A stretch of DNA of 64,000 nt from an uncultured bacterium (GTDB lineage: Bacteria > Patescibacteriota > Patescibacteriia > UBA1558 > GWA2-36-10): the NCBI GenBank assembly GCA_903855135.1, contig CAINYB010000007.1:8402-72401 (forward strand). The letters are read 5' to 3'. The translations under genes were made by a program, and so were the position numbers. Numbering within the stretch: position 1 is the stretch's first letter; the number at the start of each line of letters is the position of its first letter. The notes under the pieces were generated by a model that searched no databases, was not told the DNA's origin, and was given only the letters and a program-made list of their open reading frames with translations. Below, piece after piece: positions 59,727 to 64,000 of this stretch.

Positions 59727-61160
59727 TTAAATATTTTGTTCAATAAAGTTTCCTAAACTAAATAATTTTTCTTCTTGAAAACTATCAGCTAAAAGCTGGA
59801 TACCGATTGGCAAATTATTTTCATCTACTCCCATTGGTAAACTTAATCCACAGATACCAGCGATATTAGCACTAACTGTAAAAATATCTGCTAAATACAT
59901 ACTTAAAGGATCTGCTAATTTTTCTCCAAGCTTAAAAGCAGTCGTAGGAGTAGTCGGCGTCAACAAGACATCTACTTTAGCAAAAACTTTTTGAAAATCT
60001 TGTTTAATCACAGTACGTAATTTTTGCGCTTGTTTATAATAAGCATCATAATAGCCAGCCGACAAAATATAAGTGCCAAGCATAATACGACGTTTACTTT
60101 CTGCAGAAAATCCTGCCGCCCGCACTTTTTTATACCAGTCATCAAGATTTAAATCATTATTTTCGTGATGACCAAAACGTAAACCATCAAGTCGCGCTAA
60201 ATTTGAACTCACCTCTGCTGGCATCAAAATATAATAAGCAGCTAAGGCATATTCAGTATAAGGCAAAGAAACTTTTTCCACAACTATTTTTTGTTCCTGT
60301 AAAAAATCAATCGTTTTATCTAAGGCTTGTTTAATACTTGGAGCTAAGGCATCACTAAAATATTCTTTAGGCAAACCAACTTTTAATTTACGTGGCTCTT
60401 GATTTTTTAATAAGCTAAAATAATCTGGTACAACATTATAGCTCGCGCTTAAATCGTATTTATCGCGGCCGGCCATGATTTGCAATAAATAAGCCGCGTC
60501 TTTAACGCTCTTGCTAAATGGCCCAATCTGATCTAAAGACGAGGCCATAGCCATCGAGCCATAGCGAGAAACTCGTCCGTAGCTTGGCTTTAAACCTACT
60601 AAACCGCAAAAAGCAGCCGGCTGGCGGATAGATCCACCCGTGTCTGTTCCTAAGGCTATCGGCGCTAAATCAGCCGCTATAGCAGCTGCTGAGCCGCCAG
60701 AAGAGCCGCCAGGCACCCGGCTAGTATCGTGAGGATTTAAAACTGGCCCAAACGCTGAGTTTTCATTAGAAGCTCCCATGGCAAACTCATCACAATTTGT
60801 TTTACCTAAAATAATCGCTCCTTGATCCTCTAATTTTTTTATTGCTGTGGCTGTATAAGGCGCAATATAATTTTCTAGCATCTTGGAAGCGCCAGTTGCT
60901 CTTTGGCCTTTAACTAATAGAATGTCTTTGATGGCGATAGGCACACCAGTTAATTTTGCCATCTCACCTTGAGCAATTTTACTATCTGCTTTTTTTGCCT
61001 CTGCTAAAACCTGATCATTTATAGAAATAAAAGCATTAAGCTTATCATTTTTTATTTTATCCAAATAATAGCTTGTTAATTCAAAACTAGAAAAAGTTTT
61101 ATTTTTAAAACCAGCTAAAATTTGCTCAATATTTAAATTACTAAATTTATTTTCTGTCAT
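59727..61160 (-). CDS. gatA: Asp/Glu-tRNA amidotransferase subunit A (start likely ATG 61160)
   Basis: GKTNCDEFAMG, PGGSSGGS, GTDTGGSIRQP. Confidence 0.97.
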   Translation of the reverse strand: MTENKFSNLNIEQILAGFKNKTFSSFELTSYYLDKIKNDKLNAFISINDQVLAEAKKADSKIAQGEMAKLTGVPIAIKDILLVKGQRATGASKMLENYIAPYTATAIKKLEDQGAIILGKTNCDEFAMGASNENSAFGPVLNPHDTSRVPGGSSGGSAAAIAADLAPIALGTDTGGSIRQPAAFCGLVGLKPSYGRVSRYGSMAMASSLDQIGPFSKSVKDAAYLLQIMAGRDKYDLSASYNVVPDYFSLLKNQEPRKLKVGLPKEYFSDALAPSIKQALDKTIDFLQEQKIVVEKVSLPYTEYALAAYYILMPAEVSSNLARLDGLRFGHHENNDLNLDDWYKKVRAAGFSAESKRRIMLGTYILSAGYYDAYYKQAQKLRTVIKQDFQKVFAKVDVLLTPTTPTTAFKLGEKLADPLSMYLADIFTVSANIAGICGLSLPMGVDENNLPIGIQLLADSFQEEKLFSLGNFIEQNI

Positions 61161-61170
61161 ACTTTTATAC

Positions 61171-61643
61171 ATTGTCATGCTGAACTTGTTTCAGCATTTC
61201 TTGTTGTCATGCTGAACTTGTTTCAGCATCTCTTATTTACAAATCTATACTTAAATCTTTCCAGTTTGGATTTTGTTGATTAATCAAATTTATTTTCCAT
61301 TGTCTATGCCATCTTTTTAATTGTTTCTCTCTTTCTAGAGCATCTACAATATTATTCGTTATCTCCAAATATATTAATTTATCTACATTATATTTAGCGG
61401 TAAATCCTTTTATTATTTTTTCTTTGTGTTCTTTTATCCTTCTATAAATATTATTGGTTACACCAATATATAAAACATTATTATTTTGATTTGTCAGAAT
61501 ATAAACGTAATATTCTTTCATATATGCTTTTCTTCATTTATTTTTAGATCCTGAAATAAATTCAGGATGACTATTTACTTATATTGTCATACTGAACTTG
61601 TTTCAGCATTTCTTGTTGTCATGCTGAACTTGTTTCAGCATCT
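61171..61643. mobile_element. GIY-YIG nuclease cassette bounded by 61-bp direct repeats of tandem GTCAT-tagged palindromes
   Basis: 61171-61231 vs 61583-61643 differ by 1 nt; inverted monomer at 61546-61571; interrupts gatC-gatA. Confidence 0.75.
61237..61521 (-). CDS. Stand-alone GIY-YIG nuclease family protein
   Basis: YYVYIL...LYIGVT..RR..EH, REKQLKRWHRQWK, NPNWKDL. Confidence 0.93.
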   Translation of the reverse strand: MKEYYVYILTNQNNNVLYIGVTNNIYRRIKEHKEKIIKGFTAKYNVDKLIYLEITNNIVDALEREKQLKRWHRQWKINLINQQNPNWKDLSIDL

Positions 61644-61986
61644 ATTTTTTTGTCCGCCTCGCGTCGAAGCGGGCTAATACTTGCGGAACTACTAAGTAGT
61701 CGTCTTCAACTTTTACAAATTGATCCTTAATACTTGCATCACTTTGACCCACCTCATCGGCTCTTAATAAATATTTCCCCCCAGATTTTTCCCCGGTCGG
61801 GGAAAAATCTGAAAATCCTAGTTCACTGATAAAAGGCTCAACATTTTTTAAATTTAAACTAGTCAATTTATCAAAATATGCCAAAACATCACTTAACTGG
61901 TTAGGAAAAGCTGCGATCTCTTCAGCACTTAATTCTAGCTTAGCTAAATTAGCAATTTTTAAAATTTCTTCTTTATTTAAACTCAT
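61642..61986 (-). CDS. gatC: Asp/Glu-tRNA amidotransferase subunit C
   Basis: KIANLAKL, LRADEV, YLVVPQV; upstream of gatA. Confidence 0.9.
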   Translation of the reverse strand: MSLNKEEILKIANLAKLELSAEEIAAFPNQLSDVLAYFDKLTSLNLKNVEPFISELGFSDFSPTGEKSGGKYLLRADEVGQSDASIKDQFVKVEDDYLVVPQVLARFDARRTKK

Positions 61987-61987
61987 A

Positions 61988-63988
<2,001 letters not shown>

Positions 63989-64000
63989 TTAAAAACCCTT

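Noticed and set aside
61171-61643. CRISPR array
   Set aside because: The repeats are separated by identical 8-bp linkers rather than unique spacers, and there are no cas genes in the window.

Overview
AT-rich (roughly 30% GC by eye) bacterial chromosome segment using genetic code 11. The gene content suggests a Patescibacteria/CPR genome (inference). It is mostly housekeeping: cysS, gap, tsf-rpsB, rpmE-prfA-prmC, rplY, rodA, dnaE, thrS, miaB/miaA, gatB, gatA/gatC, ligA, mfd, smpB-tmRNA, infC-rpmI-rplT, tRNA-Asp and a complete dTTP-synthesis cluster. Three things stand out. (1) A GC-richer operon (9.4-12.8 kb) encodes an RNHCP protein, a radical SAM/SPASM enzyme with a C-terminal RRE/PqqD-like domain, a second radical SAM enzyme, a YkgJ-type Cys-cluster protein and an unannotated, translationally coupled 43-aa peptide. 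This is a candidate new RiPP system. (2) A small GIY-YIG nuclease gene splits gatC-gatA and is flanked by 61-bp direct repeats of GTCAT-tagged palindromes. Related and other short GC-rich palindromes are dispersed through the window, nested in RNA hairpins and inserted in frame in core genes. (3) Several unannotated RNA-level features: a leader-peptide attenuator before an ABC transporter, a compact T-box before thrS, two structured GC-rich elements, a duplicated promoter cassette and stand-alone small ORFs. All calls come from reading the sequence; no database searches were run.
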